A stretch of DNA of 61,770 bases. It comes from a virus. Lineage: Duplodnaviria > Caudoviricetes. Below, in pieces: positions 1 to 11,104 of this stretch. The position numbers and the translations under genes are program-made. The notes beneath the pieces were generated by a model, which saw only the letters and a program-made list of their open reading frames with translations, did no database searches and was not told the origin of the DNA. Each line of letters opens with the position of its first letter. Position 1 is the first letter of the stretch. Location of the stretch: IMG/VR virus record IMGVR_UViG_3300023301_000009, positions 1 through 61,770 of that record. One strand, written 5' to 3'.

Positions 1-84
1 TATAAGATCCTCTGCAATGAACGCGCCTGCCCCGCTAGCTGCAACAGACGACCTTGTTGGGATGATGGGACTGTCAAATAACAT
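1..84 (-). CDS. 5' end of a gene running out of the window (probable virion-associated protein)
   Basis: ATG at 84 preceded by TAAGGA; frame MLFDSPIIPTRSSVAASGAGAFIAEDLI is open to the window edge. Confidence 0.5.
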   Translation of the reverse strand, partial: MLFDSPIIPTRSSVAASGAGAFIAEDLI

Positions 85-93
85 AGCCGATCC

Positions 94-552
94 TTAGTCT
101 GGGGAAATGGGTGCCATCTTAATCGTCACGTCTCCGTCGTTATCCACCACCTGCACATACAGGCGCTCCACTGCTACAGTCGTCGTACGGTCTAAAAAGT
201 CTGTGCCAATATCAAGCGTACCGTCCCCCGGCACACCCCACACGCCGTCCACGTAGACCCACACCTTCACAGATGCCACCGTGGCCGTCGTGAGCGTAAT
301 GGACAAAAAGGTCTCCGCTGAACCTGATAGCATATAGCCATCGGTACTCAACGTAGGCTTAACCGTGGTTCCAGAAACCACCTCACTTATCAGCCAGACG
401 GCAGTAGCGCCTGCTCCACCTCGCGCCCTGTCTACTAAGCGTTTCACGGATCGGATAACGCCGCGCAAGCCTTGCTCGGTGGACAGCCCAAAAGCATTCG
501 GGTCGTCTACCGCATCGGCGCGCTCTCGCTTTGAATATGCAATCTGTGTCAT
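94..552 (-). CDS. hypothetical protein, likely virion/tail-fibre associated
   Basis: 152 aa, SD AAGGAGAAG, beta-rich C-terminus, downstream of the fibre gene. Confidence 0.6.
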   Translation of the reverse strand: MTQIAYSKRERADAVDDPNAFGLSTEQGLRGVIRSVKRLVDRARGGAGATAVWLISEVVSGTTVKPTLSTDGYMLSGSAETFLSITLTTATVASVKVWVYVDGVWGVPGDGTLDIGTDFLDRTTTVAVERLYVQVVDNDGDVTIKMAPISPD

Positions 553-561
553 ATCTTCTCC

Positions 562-915
562 TTAAACGCTTGCGTTATAAGTCTTGCGTATGTTCCACCC
601 TGTGTTCCCCGTCACGTTCGTAATTTGTGCCACAAATCTTTCGCTGGCGTAAACACCGAACACCTCAGAGTACGCTTCTGTAAAGCCCTGACCCTTGAAG
701 TGCAAGCTCCACCGCACACCATCATGCACGTAAACTTCGAGGTCGTACCCACTAACGTCTAGCAGGTCGGTTACAGACACGCGGACAAAATTCTCCCCAA
801 CTGTGCTAACCCCATAGCCTGCCCCCGGAACTGTATCGGATGCCACTATCGTCTCATCCGAAAGCTGCTCCGTAGCAAACGATTCCTTTGCAAATTCTCG
901 CCGCAGGTTGCTCAT
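562..915 (-). CDS. hypothetical protein, likely virion-associated beta-rich domain
   Basis: 117 aa, tightly packed in the late operon. Confidence 0.6.
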   Translation of the reverse strand: MSNLRREFAKESFATEQLSDETIVASDTVPGAGYGVSTVGENFVRVSVTDLLDVSGYDLEVYVHDGVRWSLHFKGQGFTEAYSEVFGVYASERFVAQITNVTGNTGWNIRKTYNASV

Positions 916-954
916 AGCCTTGTCCGTTTGTGTTTAGCAGTGTTTGTCAATAAC

Positions 955-3900
955 TCAGGAATCGCCAAGCACGTTGTACGTCTCAAGCGATAAGCCGTAG
1001 TGCTCTCCAGTACCGCCATTCGCGCTGCTATTTTTCTCGCTGGGGCGATTCACTTCGATGGATGCCGTAATCCTACAGCCACAGAACGGTGGGTTGAAGC
1101 CATTGGGTACGGTGCTGTCGACCATCTGCTGTCCAAACTTGCCTGTGTACAGCACGAACATAAGCTCATGGTCTCCCGGTCCTGTCATCTCCTCGACCGT
1201 TGGAATCATGTCAGCCCAGCTCTCGCCGAAGCTACCCATTTGGTCGATGCCATGCGCAGCTTTGTTCTCCCTCACGTAGCGTAGCTCACTTACGAGGTCG
1301 ATCTCAATACCGCTGTTCTGATTCTGCCGGTCGTTCATTGCGATCTTTGCGCTAGAATCCTGTGCATTGTTGTACGCGTAGTCGAACGGGTCGGCATTGT
1401 ACGTGTCACCCGTCATGCTCATCATGTGCTCGGGAGAATCAAAGTCTGCGCCCGTTAACCGAGTATCGCCATCCAAAAGCGTCTTGGTATACAGGTTTCG
1501 CCCAGCCCCCGCGCTGTTTGCACCCAAGCTATCCGAGATCATCGGGTACAGGTGCCCAAGCTGAGCGTGATTCGGATGCTGCCTGAATGATCCGCCACCA
1601 CTGGCAGAGGGGTGCATAGATTCAAAGTGTAAATATGGCTTGTCCTCCGGTGCATTCGGGGGTTTAGGCATTGGCTTGGCTACGCCCTCCGCGCGGTCGC
1701 GTACAACGAACAGCTCAGTGAGCGACTTCGGCTTGGAGGAGCGCAGTGGGAATGCCATCCCTGAATGCTGACCCCCGCCGGGGCGTGTGTGTAAAACCCT
1801 AAACGAGCAATTCCACAGTAGCTTCTGTGCAAGCCCCATGTGTTGCACGGCCTTGAACGTGTTGATCAAAGGTGCAAACGTCGGGTCACTGCCTGCGCCG
1901 TAGGCGTCTGTGCGCTCCGCGTGCGCCAGCTCAAACATATCATGGTAAACTTCGCTGTAGTGTGCATTTTGCATGGGGCGAAGCGTCGTCTTGTCCACCG
2001 GAATTGAGAACACAAGCGGGTGCAAGTAGCTGGTGCGCTCCCGTAGCCCAGCGGGGTCGATGTTTACCGACGTACCTAGGTCTCCGACAAAGGAGGTATC
2101 TGTGGTCATCTCCGGTCCAGCACCCGGTTTGTTAAGCGCGTTGTTCGGAATGGTCGAACCATCCCAAGCGAACTTGGTTCTAACCAGATCCACAATCCCC
2201 GCCACGGTTGGCGTGCTAATGTGTGCGCGCATAACTGGGAAGGACCAGTCAAAGGACGAGTCTGTATCGTTGCTTCCCCTTCCGTACAGAAAGTAGTCAC
2301 CTGAATCGGAGTCCGTTCCTACAACGTCGCGGTCTGGCCAGTAAGCGTACTCATTCTCGTACCCATCCAGCCGCACCTTGAACAGCGGGTGGAAGTCAAC
2401 ATTGGAATCAAGATCGGCGTCAGCACCGCTATACTGCCTGAACGCAGGAACGAACACGGGACCGGGATACCCTTCAGCAGCAGTCGCCGTTCTGTCTAGG
2501 GGATCTATTGCTGAGACTTCAGGCACGAAAGGGAAGAACCCGTCCGAACCGCTTACTGTAACCTGTGTACTATCGGGCATCTGCATATCGTGCTCGTCAC
2601 CTGTGTCTCCGAACATTGAGTAGTGCGAGCCCATAATTTCACTTGCATCGGCATCATTGTTGCTCGCCTTGAAGTTATCTATGGTGCTTGTGGACTGTGC
2701 ATCAGGGGAAGTCTTATTGCGCAGCGCGCTTGGGTTGTGCACCACCGATGGAATAATTAAAGACCGTTCACCCCACTTGGCGTAAACCGAGTATCGCGTG
2801 GCAGGTCCAGGGTATTCATTGTTGCCAGTCCCTGTACTTTCGTAGGGTCTCGGTGCTTCGATGTGCTCCATGTTTGGGTGGTACCAATGTGTAAAAGGCT
2901 GGTACTTGTCCGCGAAGGGTCTCGATGTGACATCGACGTCACCAACAGTTGCCGTACCACCGTTACCCACAGCATCCGGTGACGTTTCAGTTACCAGCGG
3001 TTCCTCATTAAAATAGAGCAAGTGATCAGTTGTACCCAGCCCCTCAAGGTAATCAAGAAATAGGTCAAGCCCGCTCAAGTTGGACATGGACGCTTCAAGA
3101 GCCGGGTGTTGATGTTTGGGCATTGTAGCCCAATGCACAAGGGGTAGCGGGTCAAACCGAACGTACAAATTTAACGTGTCGACCAGTGCGTTGACCTTGG
3201 TCCCTGCTTCCTCACCGTCTGGACCGGGGTAAAAATCACCAATGTGGTAGCGCAGCCTAAACGTCGTGTTGCGATTCTCCCACACGTCCTTCATGTCAGT
3301 TGGCAGTAGCGCGTAGCGCGACCATGGTCCGTTTTGCTCATCAACCTTAATATCGCTGGTGGCATCCTCGATACTCTTTGAGCCTTTCCCATTGGTGAGC
3401 ACCCCAGCATCGCCTGTGTTATCCCACGTCTCCCCATAGGACTGGAAATTTTCTGGAGAAGCGGCTGCGTCGTTCTGTGCGCCTGTTGCGTCTTGGATAA
3501 GCCCCATCGAGCTTTTGGCTCGCGTAGCGCCGGGGCCGGTAATCGCGTTTGGATCGCCTATCCAGTAATTGAACATATCCATTTCGCCATGCGCACTCGT
3601 CTTGACCGCGAGTTTCCTGAAGTTCAGTGAGTCCCGTGCCATAATAGCTTGGGCCTTACCATCCTCAAACTTTCTACGTGTTGTATCGCTAAATGGGTTG
3701 TTCCCTCCCGTCACCCCAAGGTCATCATTCATGTAGTGTGACCAGCCATCCTCGGAGTCAACCTCGATGAACGTGCCATCCCGGAGGTAGTAGCCACCCG
3801 GCCCTGAAACGAACTCGCCAATGGCTATGTCCTTACCAGTGTCAGTACCTACAAGCGGGTCAATTGCGTGCACTGAGCCTTGCGCTGAAGCCATAGGGTT

Positions 3901-5844
3901 AAGCTGGTATTGTGAACCCACACGGTACTTGTCAGAACTTTGCCCCGATTGGAACAACGACTGCTGTGCATTCTTGAACAGAAAATTCTTAGACGAGCTG
4001 ATACGTGTCGCAGCACCATCATCATCGTAGTTCAAGTTCGTGCGGCCAAGCTGGTTCCCCAAACCCGTGATCCCAAGCACCGCAGTGTCCAACGCTGCGA
4101 AATGCTCCGCAAGCGATCCATAAAGCAAGGGCACCTGTTGCAATCCCACCTGCGCGAATAGCTGCCCCGCAGAATTGTCAAGTATTGGGCCATCATGGTT
4201 ATTTGCCGCAACCCCACGACCTACGCTAATATCGTAGCCCATCTCCTTTACGCTCATGAGCTGGGGGATGGCAGTCCACACAAATCCGGGTTCGACTTCG
4301 CCCCCACTACCCGTGATTTCCTTATACGTGTTCGGGTACGTTGCAAGTCTCGCATGGTTCGCTGGTGGATTGCCTACCTCTTGCGCAAGTCCGGGATGGA
4401 AGGACGGATGCAGCGGCTCACTACCTGTTCCACCCACAGTGCGGGAGTGTGGTGCAGTCATCATCAGCAGCACATGGTGGACCGCAGGCGCGTTTTGGCT
4501 TACGAGCTTCGCCTCCATTGCTGCACTTACTGCTTCGGGCAGTAGCTGGTTATACCCATTCCAATATTGCGAGGGGAAAGTTTGGTACTTACTGTTTACA
4601 TATTGGTGCGCGCGAGTAAGCCCAGACTCAGGCGCGCCTTGAAATGGATCTGCCCACGAGCGTACGGCGTCGGTAGCCCAGCCTGCACTGAAGCGCTGGC
4701 CATCATCAATCTCGCCAGTAAGCACATGATCCCCGTCGTTAAGCATATCGCGGGTCATATCTGCGCGGACACCTCCCGACGTATACGCGCCTGACAACAT
4801 CTTGCGTACATGGAGAGGGGCAAGCGTCGTGCCTCCGCCGCCGGTACCATCAGCGCTCATGCGTATATTCGTAGTGCGGATGCACCAGCTCAGCTTAGTT
4901 CTATGTGACACGTCCTCGGGCAAGCTCGGGTGCTCAAGCTCGGGGTCTTCGTCTGGGGAAATATCCTCCTCCCACACCATGACGTTTAGTACGGCGGTGT
5001 ACGCTCCGGCTTTGCCAGATACCCAATTTGACTCATTTGCGTTCGTTGTAGAGTTGAAATGCGTACGTTGCGCGTCCAACGCGTTGCCGGGAACAATTAC
5101 ATACTCGTCTCCGACATTGACAGGGTTAAGAAACCCTTGGTCTATGCCTAGTGTGGTCGCAGACACGCGTGATGAAATCAGGTACGGATTACCCGTGTTA
5201 GCCCCGGTCAAGAAAATGACGTTGCATGCTGGCTCCTCAAACTCGATAACCCAATCGCCAACCGTGTACGCAGGCTCGAATGGTCCCGGAGCTATGGGTC
5301 CACCCGGTACGGTCAATAAATCTGAAACCCCCGCGAGTCTGTGATTGTCTGTGAACGCCTTATTCTCGTCGACCAACTCATTTGACGTTCCAACGGCTGT
5401 CACCTGCCCTCGGAACATCACATTGGCGAACTGCCTGTCTTCTGGGCTCTCGCCACCCAGCACAGAAATTCCTGTGTAGTCAAAGATTACGGACTCAGAA
5501 AGCCCGTCTTCGCTCATTGACTTCGTATCAAGTATTCCAAAAGGTGTGGTCAGCCTTCCCAACGTCACCGCAAAGTTATCCGCATTGCGAAGGGATGCAG
5601 GGTCGCTCGCTTCCACCGGTTGCACCTGCCATTCGCGGGCAAAATCTTGTGTGAGCGCGTACCCACGGTCTGCGCGCATGTGCTGGGAGGCGCTATGATT
5701 CAGTGCATCCACCGCGTCATTAAAATCCGCCGCCACTAGGGGTTTACCCATGTTGAGCTTAACCTTGGTGTACCCCTTCTCGGGCTTGAACGTGTCGTCA
5801 CGGGATACGTTGGGCTTGTTAGACGGATCAATGGGCATAGTCAC
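955..5844 (-). CDS. large tail fibre/baseplate-attached protein with DUF6519-like N-terminus
   Basis: 1629 aa; N-terminal SRDDTFKPEKGYTKVKLNMGKPLVAADFND and VWEEDISPDEDPEL..SHRTKLSW resemble DUF6519 fibres of contractile injection systems; lies after the baseplate genes. Confidence 0.7.
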   Translation of the reverse strand: MTMPIDPSNKPNVSRDDTFKPEKGYTKVKLNMGKPLVAADFNDAVDALNHSASQHMRADRGYALTQDFAREWQVQPVEASDPASLRNADNFAVTLGRLTTPFGILDTKSMSEDGLSESVIFDYTGISVLGGESPEDRQFANVMFRGQVTAVGTSNELVDENKAFTDNHRLAGVSDLLTVPGGPIAPGPFEPAYTVGDWVIEFEEPACNVIFLTGANTGNPYLISSRVSATTLGIDQGFLNPVNVGDEYVIVPGNALDAQRTHFNSTTNANESNWVSGKAGAYTAVLNVMVWEEDISPDEDPELEHPSLPEDVSHRTKLSWCIRTTNIRMSADGTGGGGTTLAPLHVRKMLSGAYTSGGVRADMTRDMLNDGDHVLTGEIDDGQRFSAGWATDAVRSWADPFQGAPESGLTRAHQYVNSKYQTFPSQYWNGYNQLLPEAVSAAMEAKLVSQNAPAVHHVLLMMTAPHSRTVGGTGSEPLHPSFHPGLAQEVGNPPANHARLATYPNTYKEITGSGGEVEPGFVWTAIPQLMSVKEMGYDISVGRGVAANNHDGPILDNSAGQLFAQVGLQQVPLLYGSLAEHFAALDTAVLGITGLGNQLGRTNLNYDDDGAATRISSSKNFLFKNAQQSLFQSGQSSDKYRVGSQYQLNPMASAQGSVHAIDPLVGTDTGKDIAIGEFVSGPGGYYLRDGTFIEVDSEDGWSHYMNDDLGVTGGNNPFSDTTRRKFEDGKAQAIMARDSLNFRKLAVKTSAHGEMDMFNYWIGDPNAITGPGATRAKSSMGLIQDATGAQNDAAASPENFQSYGETWDNTGDAGVLTNGKGSKSIEDATSDIKVDEQNGPWSRYALLPTDMKDVWENRNTTFRLRYHIGDFYPGPDGEEAGTKVNALVDTLNLYVRFDPLPLVHWATMPKHQHPALEASMSNLSGLDLFLDYLEGLGTTDHLLYFNEEPLVTETSPDAVGNGGTATVGDVDVTSRPFADKYQPFTHWYHPNMEHIEAPRPYESTGTGNNEYPGPATRYSVYAKWGERSLIIPSVVHNPSALRNKTSPDAQSTSTIDNFKASNNDADASEIMGSHYSMFGDTGDEHDMQMPDSTQVTVSGSDGFFPFVPEVSAIDPLDRTATAAEGYPGPVFVPAFRQYSGADADLDSNVDFHPLFKVRLDGYENEYAYWPDRDVVGTDSDSGDYFLYGRGSNDTDSSFDWSFPVMRAHISTPTVAGIVDLVRTKFAWDGSTIPNNALNKPGAGPEMTTDTSFVGDLGTSVNIDPAGLRERTSYLHPLVFSIPVDKTTLRPMQNAHYSEVYHDMFELAHAERTDAYGAGSDPTFAPLINTFKAVQHMGLAQKLLWNCSFRVLHTRPGGGQHSGMAFPLRSSKPKSLTELFVVRDRAEGVAKPMPKPPNAPEDKPYLHFESMHPSASGGGSFRQHPNHAQLGHLYPMISDSLGANSAGAGRNLYTKTLLDGDTRLTGADFDSPEHMMSMTGDTYNADPFDYAYNNAQDSSAKIAMNDRQNQNSGIEIDLVSELRYVRENKAAHGIDQMGSFGESWADMIPTVEEMTGPGDHELMFVLYTGKFGQQMVDSTVPNGFNPPFCGCRITASIEVNRPSEKNSSANGGTGEHYGLSLETYNVLGDS

Positions 5845-5847
5845 TCC

Positions 5848-6405
5848 TTACACGGGGTAGGCAATCTTAATTTCTACAGTACGCACAATACTAAACGACG
5901 CATCTTTATCAATCTTCGGGTGGACGATCCAGTTGAACATCATGCCTGAGTCTGGTGCGCTCGTGGCGAGGCCACCAAACAGGCCAAACTCTCGTAGCGA
6001 GCCATTCGCTTCTGAAGATTCAAACCGTACAGACATTGAGATCACAGTGGACGGACCCACAACCACGACTCCCCCATCACCGCTGAAATCGTCAAGCCAT
6101 GCTGTATTTACAAAGGACGTCTCCTTTCGGAAACTTTCATTTTCCAGTGTTGTCTGAGTCTTGGGTTGTGTTGGTGCTGCGGCATCCCACGTCACATCGC
6201 CGCTACCAAGAACCATGTACCCAAGGGATAAAAAACTAGGGTTTGCCGCAGCCTCGCCTTTAAGCAGTGCAGCAACAAGTGGGGCAGCGGAGTTCTGAAT
6301 CTGGTTATCCGCCCACGTACCTACCACACGAGAACCATCCGCGTACTCGTAAACGTCCCGCCACCTTCCACGCATCTTTGCGATCACGCATTCACTGAAA
6401 CTCAT
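5848..6405 (-). CDS. baseplate/tail-fibre attachment protein (tail collar-like)
   Basis: LGSGD..TTLENESFRK..EANGSLREFGLFGG..MFN motif typical of P2 gpH/DUF3751-like N-terminal fibre domains. Confidence 0.65.
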   Translation of the reverse strand: MSFSECVIAKMRGRWRDVYEYADGSRVVGTWADNQIQNSAAPLVAALLKGEAAANPSFLSLGYMVLGSGDVTWDAAAPTQPKTQTTLENESFRKETSFVNTAWLDDFSGDGGVVVVGPSTVISMSVRFESSEANGSLREFGLFGGLATSAPDSGMMFNWIVHPKIDKDASFSIVRTVEIKIAYPV

Positions 6406-7937
6406 TAGAAATCCTCGTTTGGTAACTCTCGCCTGCGCCTGCCCATAATCTCGACGTTATTGTACGGGTCGGGTTCTGAAAATACCAGCCACGAATGCCA
6501 CGTAGCCACGTAGCGGTCGTTGGTTGTGTTAACTAGTGGCCATTTGGGGTGCGGGTATGTGTACAGCAACATCTTATCGTATGACGTGTCTAAAGCATAG
6601 TCAGCCAGTTCGTCGAACGCCAGCGTTTCATTGTAGACGTGCTCTTCCACCCACGCGTCTGAATCCAATGGCGCGTACTCCTCCTCATGAACCACGGACA
6701 GGTTAAACGTGTACGTCGCGTAGTGGCCGACGAACAATGGTGCCATCTTTGCCATTTTTTGAATAACCACTTCTGGCAACGAGACGCCTTGGTCGGGGAC
6801 AGGGTGCAGCTCAATGTACAACCCATTGGTATTCTGCCATGGCCAGCCCACTCCATTAGACGACACGATCTGGTTTGAGAAGGTGAACGTCTTGCCATCA
6901 TTGGTATTGCGTATGGACGTAACCATCGACGGGTCGTTAGGGTCGAACGTCCCAGACTTAGGTATCGAATTTACAACGTCCGCCCACACTCCATCGGTTA
7001 GTGCGTTCCACCCGGCTGGAGGATTGTTCTTATCTACAGGCTCCGCCCCATCGTGGGTTCGTAGCACCCATGGATACCCCTCCGTCACAGTCACCGCCCA
7101 ACCCGTGAGCGCTTGCAGTGCAAACTCTAACGACGGTATGCTGCCCTTCTTCTTCCATAACTCGACAGCCTGCTTCGTTTCCCTGCGGCGGTACTGTGAT
7201 GATAGCTCAAAATTCGTGGGCCACCCAAGAAACTGGTCGATGTAAGGGATGTTGGCTGCATCGGTGTTGTCCGGGTCATAGACCCTTTTGCGCGTCTGCT
7301 CAATATCCTCCCAAGCCATGTCAAAAATACGCCCAAATATGTGCGTAAGCCTTTTCAGGTCTTCGTTCGCCTCGCGCCAATCCAGCTTGCGGTCTACAGG
7401 TGGCAGGTACTCGTAAAGAACGTCTGCGTACTTTGACTCAGGTTCCCCATTTTCTCCCACGCGGTTCTGGTAGGCCCAGTTTCTTACAAAACCATGTGCT
7501 GGCGAGAAAGCCCATTTGCCCGAAACCGTGTTCTCGTAAAATATCGTGTAGTACCAAGTCGTCCCCGGATCTCCAATATCTTGGTCGAGTAGGTACCTTG
7601 AATCGTTGTAGCCCAGCGCCCCAACGTCAGGCCCATCGAAAACAATACTAGCAGAGCTGTCCGTAACGTCGTGGCAATACTCTCGGGTCTTCTTCAAAAT
7701 CTTGATACGCCCGCCGTAGGCAAAAACGGGTGACACGTCTTTAGGGACGCCAAACTCCACTTTCAGGTACGGGCCTTGGACCGTTGAAGGTTGAAAGGCT
7801 GGGCCAACCACAGACCCAACGGGTAAGTTCTCACGAGTAACGCGTAGCGGCGCGTTGGCCCCGAGGACGTTCACCTTCTCAGTAGTGTCTCCCACCTGCA
7901 CCACAAAGTGAAACTGCCAGTCGGAGTTCTTGCTCAC
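6405..7937 (-). CDS. baseplate wedge protein (P2 gpI-like phage tail protein)
   Basis: IPYIDQFLGW..RRRETKQAVELWKKKGS..LEFALQALTGW motif; follows baseplate J. Confidence 0.75.
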   Translation of the reverse strand: MSKNSDWQFHFVVQVGDTTEKVNVLGANAPLRVTRENLPVGSVVGPAFQPSTVQGPYLKVEFGVPKDVSPVFAYGGRIKILKKTREYCHDVTDSSASIVFDGPDVGALGYNDSRYLLDQDIGDPGTTWYYTIFYENTVSGKWAFSPAHGFVRNWAYQNRVGENGEPESKYADVLYEYLPPVDRKLDWREANEDLKRLTHIFGRIFDMAWEDIEQTRKRVYDPDNTDAANIPYIDQFLGWPTNFELSSQYRRRETKQAVELWKKKGSIPSLEFALQALTGWAVTVTEGYPWVLRTHDGAEPVDKNNPPAGWNALTDGVWADVVNSIPKSGTFDPNDPSMVTSIRNTNDGKTFTFSNQIVSSNGVGWPWQNTNGLYIELHPVPDQGVSLPEVVIQKMAKMAPLFVGHYATYTFNLSVVHEEEYAPLDSDAWVEEHVYNETLAFDELADYALDTSYDKMLLYTYPHPKWPLVNTTNDRYVATWHSWLVFSEPDPYNNVEIMGRRRRELPNEDF

Positions 7938-9784
7938 TGCCTACCTCCATACGATAAGACAAATTCCTTAGCGTCAAGCTCACCAGTCGCGTATAACGTC
8001 GGGACTACCATCGCGAATTCTCCCACGCTGATATCCCCCCTAAAATTGTCTGTGGAAAAGCTGAACTTATTTCCATGCTGGGGGACGACGCCATTACCTC
8101 CAACTGTGATCTTGAAATCAAACTGTGGCAGCTCCCTAGCCCTGCGGGGGTCGTTCCCTGAATTATATTGCGTAATGGTGTACGTGTTCCCTGTTTCAAA
8201 TAGGCGCTGAACGCCTTGGGCGTCTACGACCTTGCCATAGTTCTTTGAAAACATCTTAAAACGAACATAGTTGAGCCATTCCACTTCGTACTCATCCTCA
8301 ACCTGAGAATCATAGGCACGTCCGACCGTAATGCTTGCACCGTCTATAAGATCACGGTGGCCTGTCACCAATCTCAGCGCGGGGACGTGATGGAACGCGT
8401 TGACGTTAATTTTGTAGACACCCCGGACGCCCTCCACCACGGCAATGATATCTGATTCTGGGATAGCATCACCAAATGTAGCCCCGCTATCTGTGAAATA
8501 CTTTTTAAGTGCCTCTTGGACGTAGAAGCTCACGTCGTTAACGCGGATGCCTGGCTGGTACGTGATATGTGCTTTTAGGTAGGGCCGAACTATGACGGGG
8601 CCTTCGACAAATAACCGCGCGCCACCGACCTTGAGTGACGTAAGGTACCTGCCCACCTCGCCTATAACGCCATGCCCGGCCTTCATGTCAGGGAACCACT
8701 CACCAGTCGGAACTGGGTTCGCTCCTTCAGCGGCCACGAACACATGGACCTCGTATGCGCTCCCCATGTGCGAGGCTTTTGCCATGCGGATTCCCGCGCT
8801 CGGAGTTTGCACCGCAAGTGTCTCGAAATCTCCTAGCTCCACGGCTCGGTCTAGCGCACGAAGCGACAATGGCCCATGTGCCTTGGCATGTTTGATGGAC
8901 TCCGGGTCTGCGCCACTGGACGGTTGGGCTGGGTTGCTCGCTGATACTACACCATCCACGGTTCCCGGAAGCTCAGTCAGCGTTCCCCGGCCCACGGAAT
9001 TTGCAGCTTTGCCACCGCCGACCCTGTAGGTCACTTCGATGGACTGGCCCGTCACTGGGATCTTACCATTTGTCCCATCTCCAAATTCGAGGGTCGTCTT
9101 GCCCACCTCGTCTACGAAGTACCTGAATACCTTCGCAGAATAATCCTGCTCAATAAACGTCTGGACCGGAGACCAGATACTACCTCCAACGCTTACCTCC
9201 ACTGGGTCTGCAATTCCCGGCGTCAGTGCAAGGGGCTGTCTTCCAAGCTGTACTCGCTGTCCCGCTTTCCCTGAAGTTACGCCTGCACCTTCGTCAGTCA
9301 CCGTTTCGCCGTGGACCAGCGTGACAACGTGTGTGCCCGCTGCGCTTAGCACAACTGCCTGTGCCAGCTCAAAGCGCATCGCGTCGGACTGGGCGGATGG
9401 CTTGGATTCCACAGACCATCCCGCAGGAAGCACAACGGTCGCTTTGTCTGTAAGCACTTCAACGGACACCGAAGCCGCCGCACCCGGCGATAGCTCGTAC
9501 CCGATAAGCCGTAGGATATCGACGACATTACTTCGCTGCTGCGCCGTCAGCAGGTACGACTCATTCTGTGCCCTGTCCTGCTGGTATGACAAAATGCCCG
9601 CCGCGTAGGACATGGCTTCGAGCAGGACCACTCCCGGATCGCCGGGATAGAAATCTGTCCACTCCTCGGTTAATTGCTTTGTCAGCTCGACGAGCGCTTC
9701 CCGGTAGCCCACGAAATCGCGGACCATCGGGTCGAGTTGTATGGGCAGATTCCCCAAAGAACTAAAACTCAGTTTACTAGCCAT
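7934..9784 (-). CDS. baseplate J-like wedge protein
   Basis: EWTDFYPGDPGVVLLEAMSY, LEFGDGTNGKIP, YRVGGG, GADPES, RAVELGDFE motifs. Confidence 0.88.
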   Translation of the reverse strand: MASKLSFSSLGNLPIQLDPMVRDFVGYREALVELTKQLTEEWTDFYPGDPGVVLLEAMSYAAGILSYQQDRAQNESYLLTAQQRSNVVDILRLIGYELSPGAAASVSVEVLTDKATVVLPAGWSVESKPSAQSDAMRFELAQAVVLSAAGTHVVTLVHGETVTDEGAGVTSGKAGQRVQLGRQPLALTPGIADPVEVSVGGSIWSPVQTFIEQDYSAKVFRYFVDEVGKTTLEFGDGTNGKIPVTGQSIEVTYRVGGGKAANSVGRGTLTELPGTVDGVVSASNPAQPSSGADPESIKHAKAHGPLSLRALDRAVELGDFETLAVQTPSAGIRMAKASHMGSAYEVHVFVAAEGANPVPTGEWFPDMKAGHGVIGEVGRYLTSLKVGGARLFVEGPVIVRPYLKAHITYQPGIRVNDVSFYVQEALKKYFTDSGATFGDAIPESDIIAVVEGVRGVYKINVNAFHHVPALRLVTGHRDLIDGASITVGRAYDSQVEDEYEVEWLNYVRFKMFSKNYGKVVDAQGVQRLFETGNTYTITQYNSGNDPRRARELPQFDFKITVGGNGVVPQHGNKFSFSTDNFRGDISVGEFAMVVPTLYATGELDAKEFVLSYGGRQ

Positions 9785-10155
9785 TACCCTTCCATCGTGA
9801 AAGTAAGATCGTCCTCTCCACTCATACCTCGGAACCGGTAGGTAGAGGAAACTATTGCTTCGCCCGTGTTGGGGTCGCTAGTCACGTCAATGCGTCGCAC
9901 GGAAACTCTCGGCTCCCACTGCGCGACACATTTCCCTAGCTCATCAGAAATAACCACGGCGTTTGAATAGCTAAGATCTCTGAACACCATCGCCATGTTG
10001 AGCGTACCTACTCTTGGTGACATAGGTCTGTCACCTTTGCGAGTCTGCATCAGGTGCTCCAGATTCTCCCGGATTTTCTGCGCACCCTCTGCCCGCTCCA
10101 AATGACCAAGCGGCCCAAACCGAACTGGGAAAGAGAGTCCTTTAGGTTTACTCAT
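9784..10155 (-). CDS. gp25/GPW-like baseplate (sheath initiator) protein
   Basis: GLSFP..IRENL..LMQTRKGDRPMSP.VG..QWEPRV motif. Confidence 0.88.
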   Translation of the reverse strand: MSKPKGLSFPVRFGPLGHLERAEGAQKIRENLEHLMQTRKGDRPMSPRVGTLNMAMVFRDLSYSNAVVISDELGKCVAQWEPRVSVRRIDVTSDPNTGEAIVSSTYRFRGMSGEDDLTFTMEG

Positions 10156-11104
10156 CGTTCATCCTCAGTAGGGTAACAAGCGCGTCGAGCGCAGGCTTAG
10201 TCGAAGGTTGCATGTGCAAAACGATGCACGCAGAAATTTTTCCTTTGGGCGCACCCGATAACAAATGCGCGTTTCGCAGTGCTTGTGTTTGGGAGCGCGT
10301 GTCACCTTGGCCATACACAGATAGGCTGAACACATCAGCAGCGTTTGCCGTAGCAGCGAGCACGTCCGTTACTTTCAGCACGTCGTCTATCTGCCCTGTA
10401 ATCTTGTCCAGCCGCTTCTTAATCACCCCAATAGCTTTTTTGATAAAGTCGACTTGGGACTCCGCCATAGTCAGCGAGGCTTTGGCGTTCTTCAAGAATT
10501 GGACCGGTACGCTCAGGACTCCAAGCTCGGATAGCTTTAGTGAGCGCCAGTCCGGTGCCATGCCTTGCCCACCGAAACTTGCTGTTGTTGCACGCTCCCT
10601 AATCTCCTCATCCGACATGACCTCGAATTCGATGGGGATGCCAAATAGCTCCATGAAGGGCTTGAACAGGTCTATAAGCTCTTGTAGCGAATCCATTGTA
10701 GCAATAACAATGTAAGACGCAAAGTACGTCTCCGAGCTTTTTGCTTGTGGCCGCTCATCGTCTGTCTTGTCATAATAGCTTTGGGCTACCTTTGCTAGCG
10801 TGCCCTCAACCGTATCAGCTTGGCGATATGACTTTGGGATAACCCATGTCATGCCAAGCTCCGTTTCATCAAACAGCTCCAGCGCTTTATCAATCGCAGC
10901 AATCACCGCTTTAAGGGCTTGTGCCGCTAGGTCAACGTCCGCGCTCCGCGTGAGTAGTGCAGCTTCCAACGCCGTCGTCACAACGGCGATCGCGTCCCCT
11001 AGTGTCCCTACAACTGAGTCGATGGCTGACACCGCATCTGTGATCTCGCTTCCGATAAGCTCCGACAACGCTGGGGTGCCCCATTTGGTTTCTATCTGTG
11101 CCAT
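10148..11104 (-). CDS. hypothetical baseplate-region protein, helical
   Basis: 318 aa, SD AAGAGG, overlaps the gp25 start. Confidence 0.65.
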   Translation of the reverse strand: MAQIETKWGTPALSELIGSEITDAVSAIDSVVGTLGDAIAVVTTALEAALLTRSADVDLAAQALKAVIAAIDKALELFDETELGMTWVIPKSYRQADTVEGTLAKVAQSYYDKTDDERPQAKSSETYFASYIVIATMDSLQELIDLFKPFMELFGIPIEFEVMSDEEIRERATTASFGGQGMAPDWRSLKLSELGVLSVPVQFLKNAKASLTMAESQVDFIKKAIGVIKKRLDKITGQIDDVLKVTDVLAATANAADVFSLSVYGQGDTRSQTQALRNAHLLSGAPKGKISACIVLHMQPSTKPALDALVTLLRMNDE